From assembly GCA_017448545.1 (NCBI GenBank), contig JAFSLH010000007.1, forward strand, positions 27,460 to 91,459: DNA of 64,000 nucleotides, in the 5' to 3' direction. Positions 9,987 to 18,921 of the stretch are shown in pieces. Within the stretch, counting starts at the first letter, position 1; each line of letters begins with the position of its first letter. Under the pieces are notes generated by a model that was not told where the DNA came from, searched no databases, and saw nothing but the letters and a program-made list of their open reading frames with translations. This stretch comes from Clostridia bacterium. Lineage in GTDB: Bacteria > Bacillota > Clostridia > Christensenellales > CAG-138. Position numbers and translations under genes: made by a program.

Positions 9987-10823
9987 TCACTTAAACTTCG
10001 GTTTCGGCAAAAAGTGCTGGAAAATAATGCAGTCGTACCGCTGTTCGAGCGTTTTGCGGTCGCTTTCGGGCTTCTCGGTCCAATAGACCGTGAACACGCA
10101 GATCAGCTTGTTGAACAGCAGCCCGAGCGGCTGTTTCATCGAGCCGTACGCCAGAAAGTGCGGCCGCGTCACGACGTTCGTCCAGAAGTGCGACAGCGCA
10201 AACGCCGCAAACGGATTGACGGTCTTGCGCCAGCCGCTGTACTGCTCCGAAAGCTGCCCGCGCATCAGGTCCGGCGCGAACTCGCGGAACCAGCGCACGA
10301 TCCGCGGATCGAAGCTCTCCACGCAGTACGGCCCCTTGCACCCGCGCAGGATCGCAAGCGTCTTTTCGCACAGCTCCGGGTAGTTCTCCGTGGACTTCAG
10401 CTCCACGATCGTCGGGCTCTTGCCGTCCAGAACCTCCATCACGTCGGTGAACAGCGGAATCCCGAGCTTGTCGCCGTGCGTGCCGAACAGCGACATGCTT
10501 TGCAGCTCAGCAAGCGTAAAGCTGTCCACGCGCCCCGTGTACTCCGTCTCGCGATCCACCGTATCGTCATGGAACACGACGACCTCGCCGTCCCTCGAAA
10601 GCTGCACGTCCAGCTCCACGCCGTAGCCGTGCTCGACCGCGCGTTCAAACGCGCGCAGCGTGTTTTCCGGCACGGACTGATCCGCCTCGAACAGCCCGCG
10701 ATGGGCGCAGTTCAGGTTCCGAAACGGCGCCGCCTGCTTTTTGGTCGGCTGTTCGCCGACGATCAAAAACAGATACAGCACCGCAAGCAGTACAACAACA
10801 CACCCGAGGATGATAAACACCAT
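9987..10823 (-). CDS. Glycerophosphodiester phosphodiesterase family protein with N-terminal TM anchor
   Basis: ORF 9987..10883. Start trimmed to ATG 10823 (MVFIILGCVVVLL) with a GGGAGGG RBS. GDPD motifs AHRG....ENTL.AF and GVELDVQLSRDGEVVVFHD. Confidence 0.8.
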   Translation of the reverse strand: MVFIILGCVVVLLAVLYLFLIVGEQPTKKQAAPFRNLNCAHRGLFEADQSVPENTLRAFERAVEHGYGVELDVQLSRDGEVVVFHDDTVDRETEYTGRVDSFTLAELQSMSLFGTHGDKLGIPLFTDVMEVLDGKSPTIVELKSTENYPELCEKTLAILRGCKGPYCVESFDPRIVRWFREFAPDLMRGQLSEQYSGWRKTVNPFAAFALSHFWTNVVTRPHFLAYGSMKQPLGLLFNKLICVFTVYWTEKPESDRKTLEQRYDCIIFQHFLPKPKFK

Positions 10824-11021
10824 AGCATTCGCCCTCCCTTTTCCGAAAATTATACCGCACTTACGGGCGTTTGAAAAGAACATTTTTGCCCCGGCGCAAA
10901 AAAACGCGCGGACAAAGCCGTGCGCTTAAAACAGAATGAGGAATGAAGAATTGTCGATGATTTTCCGGAGGAAAATCTACCTGAATCATTCATTATTCGT
11001 TTTTCAGTCTTCGGTTTTCAT

Positions 11022-11786
11022 TTATCTCTTTTTATACAGCACCAGTTCCGGGTCGGCGCCTTCGGGGCCGTAAGTCGAGATCAGGATGAAATCCATGTTC
11101 GCGAGCACGCCGAAGCACCGGTCGCCGCCGAATTCCGGTTCGAGCTGCGTGCCGAGATACGTCGTCCCGTTGTCCAGAAACTGCACCGCTTTGCCGCTCG
11201 GAAGCCGGTACGCAAGGTTGACGTAGTTCCCGACGAGCGCGTTCAGCTTTTCGACCTTCGGCATGCCCTCGATGTGCAGCTCATTGATTTCGCCGATCAG
11301 CTTCTGCTTGAACGCTTCGAACTCGCCGTTGTCGCCGAGCTCCGCATACCGTTTCCAGTAGTCCAGCTGCGGCAGGACGTGCTTCATATATTCCCGCGCC
11401 TGCTCCTCGTTAAAGTTCTCGTTCACCATGTGCTTTACGCAGACGTCGATCAGATCGTCCATGTTGCTGTACGTGTATGTGCCGTCCGCATAGCACCACT
11501 TGCAGTATTCTTCGTTCAGCGAGCCGTCCTTGTTGCGGGCGAGCAGCGAATCGTCGAGCGGCATTCCGCAGCACTGGCAGATCTGCTGCCGCGGCGCGCC
11601 GAGCAGCGTATTGATCGAAACGTCGAACAGCTTCGACAGCAGCTTCAGCGTGTCGGTATTCGGCACGGTTTCGCCGTTTTCCCAGCGCGACACCGCCTGC
11701 CGCGTCACGAACACCTGTTCGGCCAGTTCGTCCTGCGACAGTCCGGCCTTCGTCCGAAGTTCATAAATGACGTCTTTTGTTTCCAT
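11022..11786 (-). CDS. XRE-family HTH transcriptional regulator with central Cys4 zinc-ribbon and C-terminal domain of unknown function
   Basis: ORF 11022..11843. Start at ATG 11786 (METKDVIYELRTKAGLSQDELAEQVFVTRQAVSRWENGE) with a GGAGGG RBS. CQCCG...CKWC zinc-ribbon pattern. Confidence 0.8.
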   Translation of the reverse strand: METKDVIYELRTKAGLSQDELAEQVFVTRQAVSRWENGETVPNTDTLKLLSKLFDVSINTLLGAPRQQICQCCGMPLDDSLLARNKDGSLNEEYCKWCYADGTYTYSNMDDLIDVCVKHMVNENFNEEQAREYMKHVLPQLDYWKRYAELGDNGEFEAFKQKLIGEINELHIEGMPKVEKLNALVGNYVNLAYRLPSGKAVQFLDNGTTYLGTQLEPEFGGDRCFGVLANMDFILISTYGPEGADPELVLYKKR

Positions 11787-11861
11787 AAACACCCTCCTGC
11801 CGGTTGATGCTTTGATTGTATCACAGCCGCGCCGGATTTTCACGCAACGCGCTGTTGCGGT

Positions 11862-12758
11862 TCAGTCGTCCGACTTCTTCTCCGGTTCGGCGAACTCGAT
11901 CGGTTCTCCCGCGGGCGTGAACAGCGCGTACTTTTCCACTTCCGGGTCGTACGGGTCGACCGGCGCGGGCGGGATGACACCGGCGCGCTTCAGCACGAGG
12001 AAGACCGCAACGCCGAGCAGGATCGCAAGGCTGACGACCTGCGAAAATGCGAACGGGCCGTAACCGCCGCGCACTTCGTCGCCGCGGAAAAATTCAATGA
12101 TGAACCGGAACAGAGAATACGCGATCAGATACAGGCCGATCAGGTTGCCGCGCCGCTCCTCCTTTTTGTTCGTCAAAAGCAGCGCAAGCAGCACGCAAAA
12201 CAGCGCGAGGTTGAACGCGGCTTCGATCAGCTGCGTCGGCAGCCGGCTGTCCCAAAAGAGCGAGCAGAACGCATTGTCCATCCGCATCCCGTAGCAGCAC
12301 GGGTGCCAGACCAGCTCACCGTCGACCGTTTCATGCGCGAAATAGCAGCCGACGCGCGCGATCCCGTGGAACAGCGGCGTCGAAACCGCAACGATGTCCC
12401 ATCCGAGCCGCTTTTTGGGCAGCAGCTTCCAAAACAGCAGCGCCAGCATCCCGAAGTAGCCGAGCAGACCGCCGTAAAACACGATGCCGGAATTGTTGAA
12501 CAGGATCTTGAGCGAAACTTCCGCACCCATGGCGCGCAGGTAGCTTTCATACGAAACCATGCCAAACAGCTTTGCCCCGATCCCCATGCCGACCAGCGAG
12601 CAAAGCATCATCGGCACCTGCCGCACCCAGTTCTGCCGCAGCCGAAAGCACAGCAGCAGCGCGCACACGAACGCCGCCACAACGCCGAGCGCGGCGAACG
12701 TGCCGTAAGCCAAAACATGTTCCCAAATAAAGTTGTTGAGCGCTTCCATATCCGTCAT
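11862..12758 (-). CDS. lgt: Prolipoprotein diacylglyceryl transferase family protein
   Basis: ORF 11862..12785. Polytopic membrane protein with Lgt-like blocks GIARVGCYFAHE, LPTQLIEAAFNL and YLIAYSLFRFIIEFFRGD. Start uncertain (12758 or 12749). Confidence 0.7.
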   Translation of the reverse strand: MTDMEALNNFIWEHVLAYGTFAALGVVAAFVCALLLCFRLRQNWVRQVPMMLCSLVGMGIGAKLFGMVSYESYLRAMGAEVSLKILFNNSGIVFYGGLLGYFGMLALLFWKLLPKKRLGWDIVAVSTPLFHGIARVGCYFAHETVDGELVWHPCCYGMRMDNAFCSLFWDSRLPTQLIEAAFNLALFCVLLALLLTNKKEERRGNLIGLYLIAYSLFRFIIEFFRGDEVRGGYGPFAFSQVVSLAILLGVAVFLVLKRAGVIPPAPVDPYDPEVEKYALFTPAGEPIEFAEPEKKSDD

Positions 12759-12814
12759 GATAGTCCGCCGCCGGCCCGCTTGCAAGCCGACGACGTATAA
12801 AATTCACAAGGAGT

Positions 12815-14218
12815 TCACAGCCCCTTTTTCCGCACCGCGAACACGACCGGCTTGAGGCCGCCCGCCTCCGTGCGGAACGACGCTGCAAGCTCGAGCCGCG
12901 ATTCGGCCTTCAAAAGCCGTTCGAGCAGCTTGCCGTCCGCCGTGTACAGCACCGCCGCGCCGCCGTCCGAGAGCAGACCGGGCAGCTTGTGTACAAACCG
13001 CGCATAGAGCGCTTCGTTCTCGCGGTGGCTGCCGACGCGGTTGCCGAACGGCAGGTTTGAAACGATCAGCCCCGCGCCGCGCGGCGAATCGAACCGCAGA
13101 ATATCGCGGCAGACGAACCGCGCCTTGCTGCCCGCGGCCTCGGCGTTTTTCCGCGCGATCGCAATCGCCTTTGCCGAGCAGTCCACGCCGAGCAGACCCT
13201 TTGTCAAAAACGCCGCTTCCGCCGCAAACAGCAGCGAACCGCTGCCGCAGAACGGATCGAACACCGCGGGCGGCGCGTCGACCAGTTTTCGCGCATACCG
13301 CACGAGCGCCGAAGCGGTCGCCGGATGGATCGACGCGGGCACGGTTCCGACGCGCCACGGGTAGCGCTCGTCCGGCACGTTCCAGAGCTTCCAATACAAG
13401 TCCGCGTCCTCGCCGTGGCAGACGATCCGAAGCTCGCAATCGTAGTTCGACGGTGCGTTCACGCCGTCCAGCCGCAGTTTCAACCGTTCGATCAGCTTGG
13501 CGCGGTCCTTCAGATAGCCGCGCAGTTCGATCCGGTACCGCTTGCCGATGCACGGCCCGACGGCCTTTGCCAACGCAGCGGGATCGAGCGGCACGCGCGC
13601 CGCAATCGGCAGCAGCGCTTCGGTCATCGCCGTCGCGCGGTAGACGCGGGCCACGTCCGCGGCCGTGATCCGCACCGCGTCGCCTGCAATCTTTCCCGCA
13701 AACCCGAGCGCGTCCAGTTCCTCCTGCAGTTCCTTCGCAAAGCCGGCAGGCGCGCAGCACAGGATCTCGCGCGCGGCGGGGAGCCGGTACAGCCGTTCCG
13801 CTTCGACGCGGTCGAACTGCTGCATCGCTTTTCCGTACGCCGCCGCGATCGCGGCGATGTGCTTGTCCGTTTCCGGCGATTCGGAGGCGGGGACGGTATA
13901 GCCGCATAAGACCTCCTCCGCGCCGAGATTGCCGAGCGCAAGGATCAGGCTCGGCACCGCGAACAGCGTCGTTTCCGTTTCGAGCGCACGGGCAAGGACG
14001 GGGATATCGGTCTCGTTTTCGAGCGCGCCGAGCAGCCGGTACACGTTTTTCCGCACCTTGGGCGTGCCGGTTTCGAGCAGCGCGTACAGTGTTTCGTGCG
14101 TGCCGAGCGCGACCTCGATCTGCTCGCGTCCCGCTTTCGTTTTTGCCTCGGAACACAAAGCGGACAGGGCTTCCCCTGCCGCTTCGGTTTCCAATGTTTG
14201 CACCAATGCTTCGATCAT
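12815..14218 (-). CDS. Class I SAM-dependent (THUMP-type RNA / N6-adenine-like) methyltransferase with N-terminal HEAT-like repeat extension
   Basis: 467-aa ORF. SAM motif DPFCGSGSLL and catalytic NLPFG (IVSNLPFGNRVG). The N-terminal ~100 aa look like HEAT repeats (KVRKNVYRLLGALENETDIPVLARAL..). ATGA overlap with the murG stop. Confidence 0.75.
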   Translation of the reverse strand: MIEALVQTLETEAAGEALSALCSEAKTKAGREQIEVALGTHETLYALLETGTPKVRKNVYRLLGALENETDIPVLARALETETTLFAVPSLILALGNLGAEEVLCGYTVPASESPETDKHIAAIAAAYGKAMQQFDRVEAERLYRLPAAREILCCAPAGFAKELQEELDALGFAGKIAGDAVRITAADVARVYRATAMTEALLPIAARVPLDPAALAKAVGPCIGKRYRIELRGYLKDRAKLIERLKLRLDGVNAPSNYDCELRIVCHGEDADLYWKLWNVPDERYPWRVGTVPASIHPATASALVRYARKLVDAPPAVFDPFCGSGSLLFAAEAAFLTKGLLGVDCSAKAIAIARKNAEAAGSKARFVCRDILRFDSPRGAGLIVSNLPFGNRVGSHRENEALYARFVHKLPGLLSDGGAAVLYTADGKLLERLLKAESRLELAASFRTEAGGLKPVVFAVRKKGL

Positions 14219-15285
14219 GCGTTTGCCGTCCGCAAAATGACGTCCAGAATCGGCTGCGTGCCGTCCACGTTCTCGGCTTTTTCCATCGCCGCGCGGTACG
14301 TTTCGCGGTCGCGGTACACCTCCAGCAGCGCTTCGGACAGCGTCGCCGCGGTCATGTCCGACTGCAGCAGCGTTTTCGCATAGCCGCGCGCGGAAAAATA
14401 ATCGGCGTTCAAAAGTTGGTCCCCGCGGGAGGACTTTGCCGTCAGCGGAACGAGCAGCATCGGCTTCTGCAGGGCAAGCAGCTCGAACACGGCGTTCGCG
14501 CCGGCGCGCGACAGCACGACGTCCGCCATCGCCAATAGGTCCGCCATTTCTTCATTTATATACTCGTACTGCCGGTAGCCTTCGACCGTAAGCCCCGGTT
14601 CGGCCTTGCCCTTGCCGCAGAGATGCACGACGTCAAACGTCGGGAGCAGCAGCGGCAGCGCTTCCCGCAGCGCTTCGTTGACCGCCTGCGCGCCGAGGCT
14701 TCCGCCGACCGTCAGAAGGACCGGCTTTTTGCCCGAAAACCCGGTGAACGCGAGCCCCTTTTCGCGGCTGCCGCGATACAGCTCCGGCCGGATCGGCGTT
14801 CCGGTATGCACGCCCTTGCCCTTCGGCACGAACTGCAGCGTATCGGCGAACGAAACGCAGATCTTCGTCGCGTACCGTGCGGCGAGCCGGTTCGCAAGGC
14901 CCGGCGTATAGTCGCTTTCATGCGCGACGACCGGACAAAGCCCGCGCGCCGCCCCGACGACCGGCACGGACACGTACCCGCCCTTCGAAAAGATCACGGC
15001 CGGCTTTACTTCGCGGATGATCGCGCGCGATTGCCGATACCCTTTCTGCACGCGGAACGGATCGGTCAGATTCCTTAGGTCAAAATACCGGCGCAGCTTT
15101 CCCCACGCGATTTCATGGTACACGACGTCGTCACGATTGCCGATGATCTGCTTTTCGATCCCTTCGGCCGTGCCGATATAATGCACTTCCCATTCGCTGC
15201 GATCCAGCTTTTCCATCAGCGCAAGGTTCGGCGTGACGTGGCCCGCCGTGCCGCCGCCCGTAAAGATAATCGTTTTCTTCTGCAT
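14215..15285 (-). CDS. murG: UDP-N-acetylglucosamine--N-acetylmuramyl-(pentapeptide) pyrophosphoryl-undecaprenol N-acetylglucosamine transferase
   Basis: 356-aa ORF starting MQKKTIIFTGGGTAGHVTPNLAL. Typical MurG length and G-loop motifs. Confidence 0.92.
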   Translation of the reverse strand: MQKKTIIFTGGGTAGHVTPNLALMEKLDRSEWEVHYIGTAEGIEKQIIGNRDDVVYHEIAWGKLRRYFDLRNLTDPFRVQKGYRQSRAIIREVKPAVIFSKGGYVSVPVVGAARGLCPVVAHESDYTPGLANRLAARYATKICVSFADTLQFVPKGKGVHTGTPIRPELYRGSREKGLAFTGFSGKKPVLLTVGGSLGAQAVNEALREALPLLLPTFDVVHLCGKGKAEPGLTVEGYRQYEYINEEMADLLAMADVVLSRAGANAVFELLALQKPMLLVPLTAKSSRGDQLLNADYFSARGYAKTLLQSDMTAATLSEALLEVYRDRETYRAAMEKAENVDGTQPILDVILRTANA

Positions 15286-15338
15286 GTTCCGTCCCCCCTG
15301 ACAGTGTATGCGATCCGCGCCCGTTTTTTGCGTATCTC

Positions 15339-17669
15339 TTAACCGTCCACGATCGCGGACTCCGTGACGCTCGGCTTGGTCAGCTCATCGTCCTTCAACA
15401 GCTCCCGCGCGATCTTGAACTTCATCAGCGTGTATTCCTCCGGCGGGTCGGCAAGGTTGATCTCGAGCATCACGAGCACGAGCCGCTCCTCCTCCGGCTT
15501 GATGTCGCCGCCGCCCGCCGCCGCGTTGTAGCACGACCGGAAGCCGATGAACCACGCAAGCTCCTTGTCCTTGACGTCGCCGGTCCCGATTTCGGCGGTT
15601 CCCGTCTTCCCCGCAATCGTAAAGACGCGGCGGATGCCGAGGTACTTCGCCGTGCCGCCGTGATCCTCCGGCAGCGCGCAGACGCCCTTCATCATTTCCT
15701 CCATCGTGTCCGCGTTGACCTTGGAGCAGATCGACCGCCAGACCTGCGGTTCATGCTTTTGCGTCTGGATGTACGCGGTTCCGCTCGCCTGCCACGTCGA
15801 ATCGACGATGTACGGCACCATTGCGACGCCGCCGTTGTGAATCGCGCCGATGTACGTCGCCATCTGCAGCGGCGTGATCAGGATTTCGCCCTGTCCGTAA
15901 CCGGACATCGCAAGCAGGTCCCACGTTTCCGTGCTGTCCTCGTCCTTGATCTGCGACGCGCTGTCCGTCGTCAGTTCGAACGGCACCTTTTCGCCGATGC
16001 CGATATAGGTCATGTAGGACTTGAACTTCTCCCAGCCCATCTTCAGCGCGGCCCAGGAGAAGAAAATATTATCCGAGTCGATGATGCTCGACTCCATGTT
16101 CATCGGCGTGTGCCGGTTCGACGAGAACGTGCGGTTCACTTTGTCAATGCCCGTGAACGCCCATTCGCCCTGGCTGACGATCCACGAATCCTTCCAGTTG
16201 CCGGACTGGCTCTTGCCCGCCGCGATCTTGATCTTTTCCGTTTCCGGGAACACGGACTCGGTCGTCAGCGTGCCGGTTTCGAGCGCGCCGAGCCCGGTCA
16301 GCGTTTTGAACGTGGAACCGGGCGCGTAAAGGCCCTGCACCGCGCGGTTGAGCATCGGCGTCTGCGGGTCCTTTTCCATCTGCGCCCATGCAACGGAGCC
16401 GACGGTACCGCGGCTGAACGATTCCGCGTCATAGTCCGGGAACGAATACATCGCCTGCACCGCGCCTGTCGTCGGGTCCAGCATGATGACCGTGCCGGAA
16501 ATCGATTTGTCGTAAACGATCGTGTCCACGACCTTTTCGACACGCTGCTGCATCCGGATATCGAGCGTCAGATGCAGGTCCTGCCCGTCGACGGCCGGGA
16601 TGTTATACAGCGTCATGCGGTTCGTGCCGTCCGCGCCCTGAATGTACGCATAACTGCCTTTTGTGCCGCGCAGAATCTCCTCGTATTCCTTTTCGAGACC
16701 GGAATAGCCGAGCCAGCTGTCGCCGTCGTAAATTTCGCTGCCCTCTTCCTTGAACCGCTTGAGGTCGTCCTTCCAGATGATCGACGCGAAGCCCAGCACG
16801 TGCGACGCCGAGCGGCCGAACGGATAGGCGCGGAACCGCGTGCTCGTCAGCGAGCCGCTGCGGTCGATGCCGAGCCCCTCCACGGCGAGGATCCGGTTTT
16901 CGAGCTGCTCGTCGAGCTGATCGGGATACAGACGCGTCAGCACGACGGAGGAGTTTTTGCTCGTCGAAGCGTTGTCCACGATGCCGTACCAGTCCTGGTA
17001 CAGCGAACCGCGCGGCTGCAGCTCGGAGATCGCGAGCACCTGCTCCTTGAACCGCTCCGGGTCCTTGATGCTGGACGGGACGCAGAAGATCGCGACCGGG
17101 TCGATGTTCTTGACCAGAAGCTCGCCCTGCGCGTCGAAGATTTCGCCGCGCTTCGGGTAGTTGACGCCCAGCAGCAGCTTGTCGCCCCATCGAAGCTGCG
17201 TAAAGATACAGGCGGGCGACCACTGCACGCCCCACTTGTTGTTCTCGTACCGCGCTTCGATCGAGTACGTTTCGTCCTTCAGCTCGCCGGCCTTTTCGGT
17301 TTCATAGATCAGCGTATAGCGAACGATGGCCGACGCGGAGCTTTCCGACTGCGACGTGATCTCGCAGGTGATCGCATCCACGCCGATCGCGTCGTAGATC
17401 GACGTATACTTGTTCACAAATTCCTCGTAGGAAATCATCGCCGCGTCGCCCTCGGTCGGTTCGCCGGTCAGGTTCTTCAGCGAGTCCGAAATCATTTCAT
17501 AGGCCGCGCCGTAGGAGCCCTCCGTGATCAACGCAAGGAATTTGGTACACGCTTCGATCCCGCCGCCGCGCGCGCCGGCACAGCCGAACTGCAAAAAGCA
17601 GCCGGCGAGAATCAGAATACAGATTGTCAGGCAGATGATTCGTTTCAACGAACTATATCCTTTCCGCAA
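15339..17669 (-). CDS. Penicillin-binding protein (class B transpeptidase with NTF2/MecA_N-like N-terminal domain)
   Basis: 776-aa ORF. SxxK = STFK, SxN = SDN, KTG = KTGTAE. An alternative TTG start at 17648 (MKRIICLTICILILAGC) has a better-placed GGAAAGGA RBS. Confidence 0.88.
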   Translation of the reverse strand: MRKGYSSLKRIICLTICILILAGCFLQFGCAGARGGGIEACTKFLALITEGSYGAAYEMISDSLKNLTGEPTEGDAAMISYEEFVNKYTSIYDAIGVDAITCEITSQSESSASAIVRYTLIYETEKAGELKDETYSIEARYENNKWGVQWSPACIFTQLRWGDKLLLGVNYPKRGEIFDAQGELLVKNIDPVAIFCVPSSIKDPERFKEQVLAISELQPRGSLYQDWYGIVDNASTSKNSSVVLTRLYPDQLDEQLENRILAVEGLGIDRSGSLTSTRFRAYPFGRSASHVLGFASIIWKDDLKRFKEEGSEIYDGDSWLGYSGLEKEYEEILRGTKGSYAYIQGADGTNRMTLYNIPAVDGQDLHLTLDIRMQQRVEKVVDTIVYDKSISGTVIMLDPTTGAVQAMYSFPDYDAESFSRGTVGSVAWAQMEKDPQTPMLNRAVQGLYAPGSTFKTLTGLGALETGTLTTESVFPETEKIKIAAGKSQSGNWKDSWIVSQGEWAFTGIDKVNRTFSSNRHTPMNMESSIIDSDNIFFSWAALKMGWEKFKSYMTYIGIGEKVPFELTTDSASQIKDEDSTETWDLLAMSGYGQGEILITPLQMATYIGAIHNGGVAMVPYIVDSTWQASGTAYIQTQKHEPQVWRSICSKVNADTMEEMMKGVCALPEDHGGTAKYLGIRRVFTIAGKTGTAEIGTGDVKDKELAWFIGFRSCYNAAAGGGDIKPEEERLVLVMLEINLADPPEEYTLMKFKIARELLKDDELTKPSVTESAIVDG

Positions 17670-17809
17670 ATATGCGGTGAGCTTTCACCGATTGCATTAT
17701 ACCGAAAAATCCTGCAAATGGGAACCGCTTTTTGCGGATGTTTTCAAAAAATACGCTTTTCAGACACGAAATCCGTGCTGTTTTTTCGCGTTTTCGCATA
17801 AACTGGCGT

Positions 17810-18370
17810 ATGGATATCGTCTTTTTCGGATTGCTGGCGGTCGGGATCGTGACCGAGCTCGTCACAAAGGGCGGCGACGCGGCGCTTGCGTCGCTGATCG
17901 CCGGCACGCAGAACGCCGTGCAGAACGGCGTCACGATGGCGGGCGGGATGCTTTTTTGGATGGGTCTGATGGGCGTGCTCGAACAGACGCCGCTGATGGC
18001 GCGGCTTTCCCATTCGCTGCAGAAGCCGATGCGCTTTCTGTTCCCGGACGCGGGCGGGGCCGCCGAAGCGATCGCGCTGAACCTTTCGTGCAACATGCTC
18101 GGGCTCGGCAACGCCGCCACGCCCTACGGCATCGAAGCCATGCGCATCATGGAAGCCGAGAACCCCGAAAAAGGCGTCGCGACCGACAGCATGTGCGTCC
18201 TGCTCGCGCTCAACGCGTCCTGCCTCGAACTGTTTCCCGCGACGCTGGTCGGCCTAAGGCAGAGCTTCGGCAGCGCGCGCCCGGCGGCGGTCGTTCTGCC
18301 CGTGCTGCTCTCCTCCGCGTGCTCGACCGCCGTGACCGTGCTGCTGTGCCGGCTCTGTATCCGCAAATGA
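17810..18370 (+). CDS. spmA: Spore maturation protein A (nucleoside recognition domain)
   Basis: ORF 17732..18370, trimmed to ATG 17810 (MDIVFFGLLAVGIV..). Gate/nucleoside-recognition-type membrane protein. Overlaps the next gene (ATGA), as spmA-spmB pairs do. Confidence 0.75.
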   Translation: MDIVFFGLLAVGIVTELVTKGGDAALASLIAGTQNAVQNGVTMAGGMLFWMGLMGVLEQTPLMARLSHSLQKPMRFLFPDAGGAAEAIALNLSCNMLGLGNAATPYGIEAMRIMEAENPEKGVATDSMCVLLALNASCLELFPATLVGLRQSFGSARPAAVVLPVLLSSACSTAVTVLLCRLCIRK

Positions 18371-18876
18371 GCGTCGTCGTTCCGGTCGGGGTCCTCCTGC
18401 TGCTCGGGTACGCGCTCTTGAAGCGCGTGCGCGTGTTTTCCGCGTTTACCGACGGCGCAGCCAAAGCGTTTCCGCTGCTCGGTCGCGTGATTCCGTGCCT
18501 TGCCGCGATGCTCGCGGCGATCACGGTGCTGCGGGACAGCGGCGCGCTCGACGCTTTGATCCGGCTTTTGTCGCCCGTTTGCGGCGCGCTCGGCGTCGAC
18601 GCGCGGCTGCTTCCCCTGATTCTGCTGCGCCCGCTTTCGGGCAGCGCGGCGATCGCCGTCCTTTCCGACCTGTTCACGCAGTACGGCCCGGATTCGGAAA
18701 TCGGCCTGACCGCCAGCGTGCTGCTCGGCGCGTCGGAAACGCTGCTCTATACGCTCGCGCTGTACTTCGGCGCGGTCGGCGTCCGCAAAACCCGCTTCAC
18801 CGTCCCCCTCGCCCTGCTCGCCACCCTGACCTCCGTCGTGATGGGCCTGCTGTTTTCGAAGCTGTTTTTCGGGTGA
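18367..18876 (+). CDS. spmB: Spore maturation protein B
   Basis: This is the tail of track ORF 17524..18876. ATG at 18367 gives MSVVVPVGVLLLLGYALLKRVRVFSAFTDGAAKAF.., an SpmB-like membrane protein. Confidence 0.75.
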   Translation: MSVVVPVGVLLLLGYALLKRVRVFSAFTDGAAKAFPLLGRVIPCLAAMLAAITVLRDSGALDALIRLLSPVCGALGVDARLLPLILLRPLSGSAAIAVLSDLFTQYGPDSEIGLTASVLLGASETLLYTLALYFGAVGVRKTRFTVPLALLATLTSVVMGLLFSKLFFG

Positions 18877-18882
18877 AGCAAA

Positions 18883-18908
18883 GAGCCATCGGATCGCTCC
18901 GATGGCTC
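18883..18908. terminator. Bidirectional hairpin between convergent spmB and pckA
   Basis: GAGCCATCGGA-TCGC-TCCGATGGCTC, perfect 11-bp stem. Confidence 0.6.
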
Positions 18909-18921
18909 CTGGTTATTGTGA

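Noticed and set aside
10925-11020. AT-rich imperfect long hairpin (GAATGAGGAATGAAGAATT ... GAATCATTCATTATTC with inner TTTTCC-GGA-GGAAAA) as a possible mobile-element end
   Set aside because: There is a single copy in the window and no matching partner repeat. The simplest reading is that it is the terminator of the XRE regulator gene.
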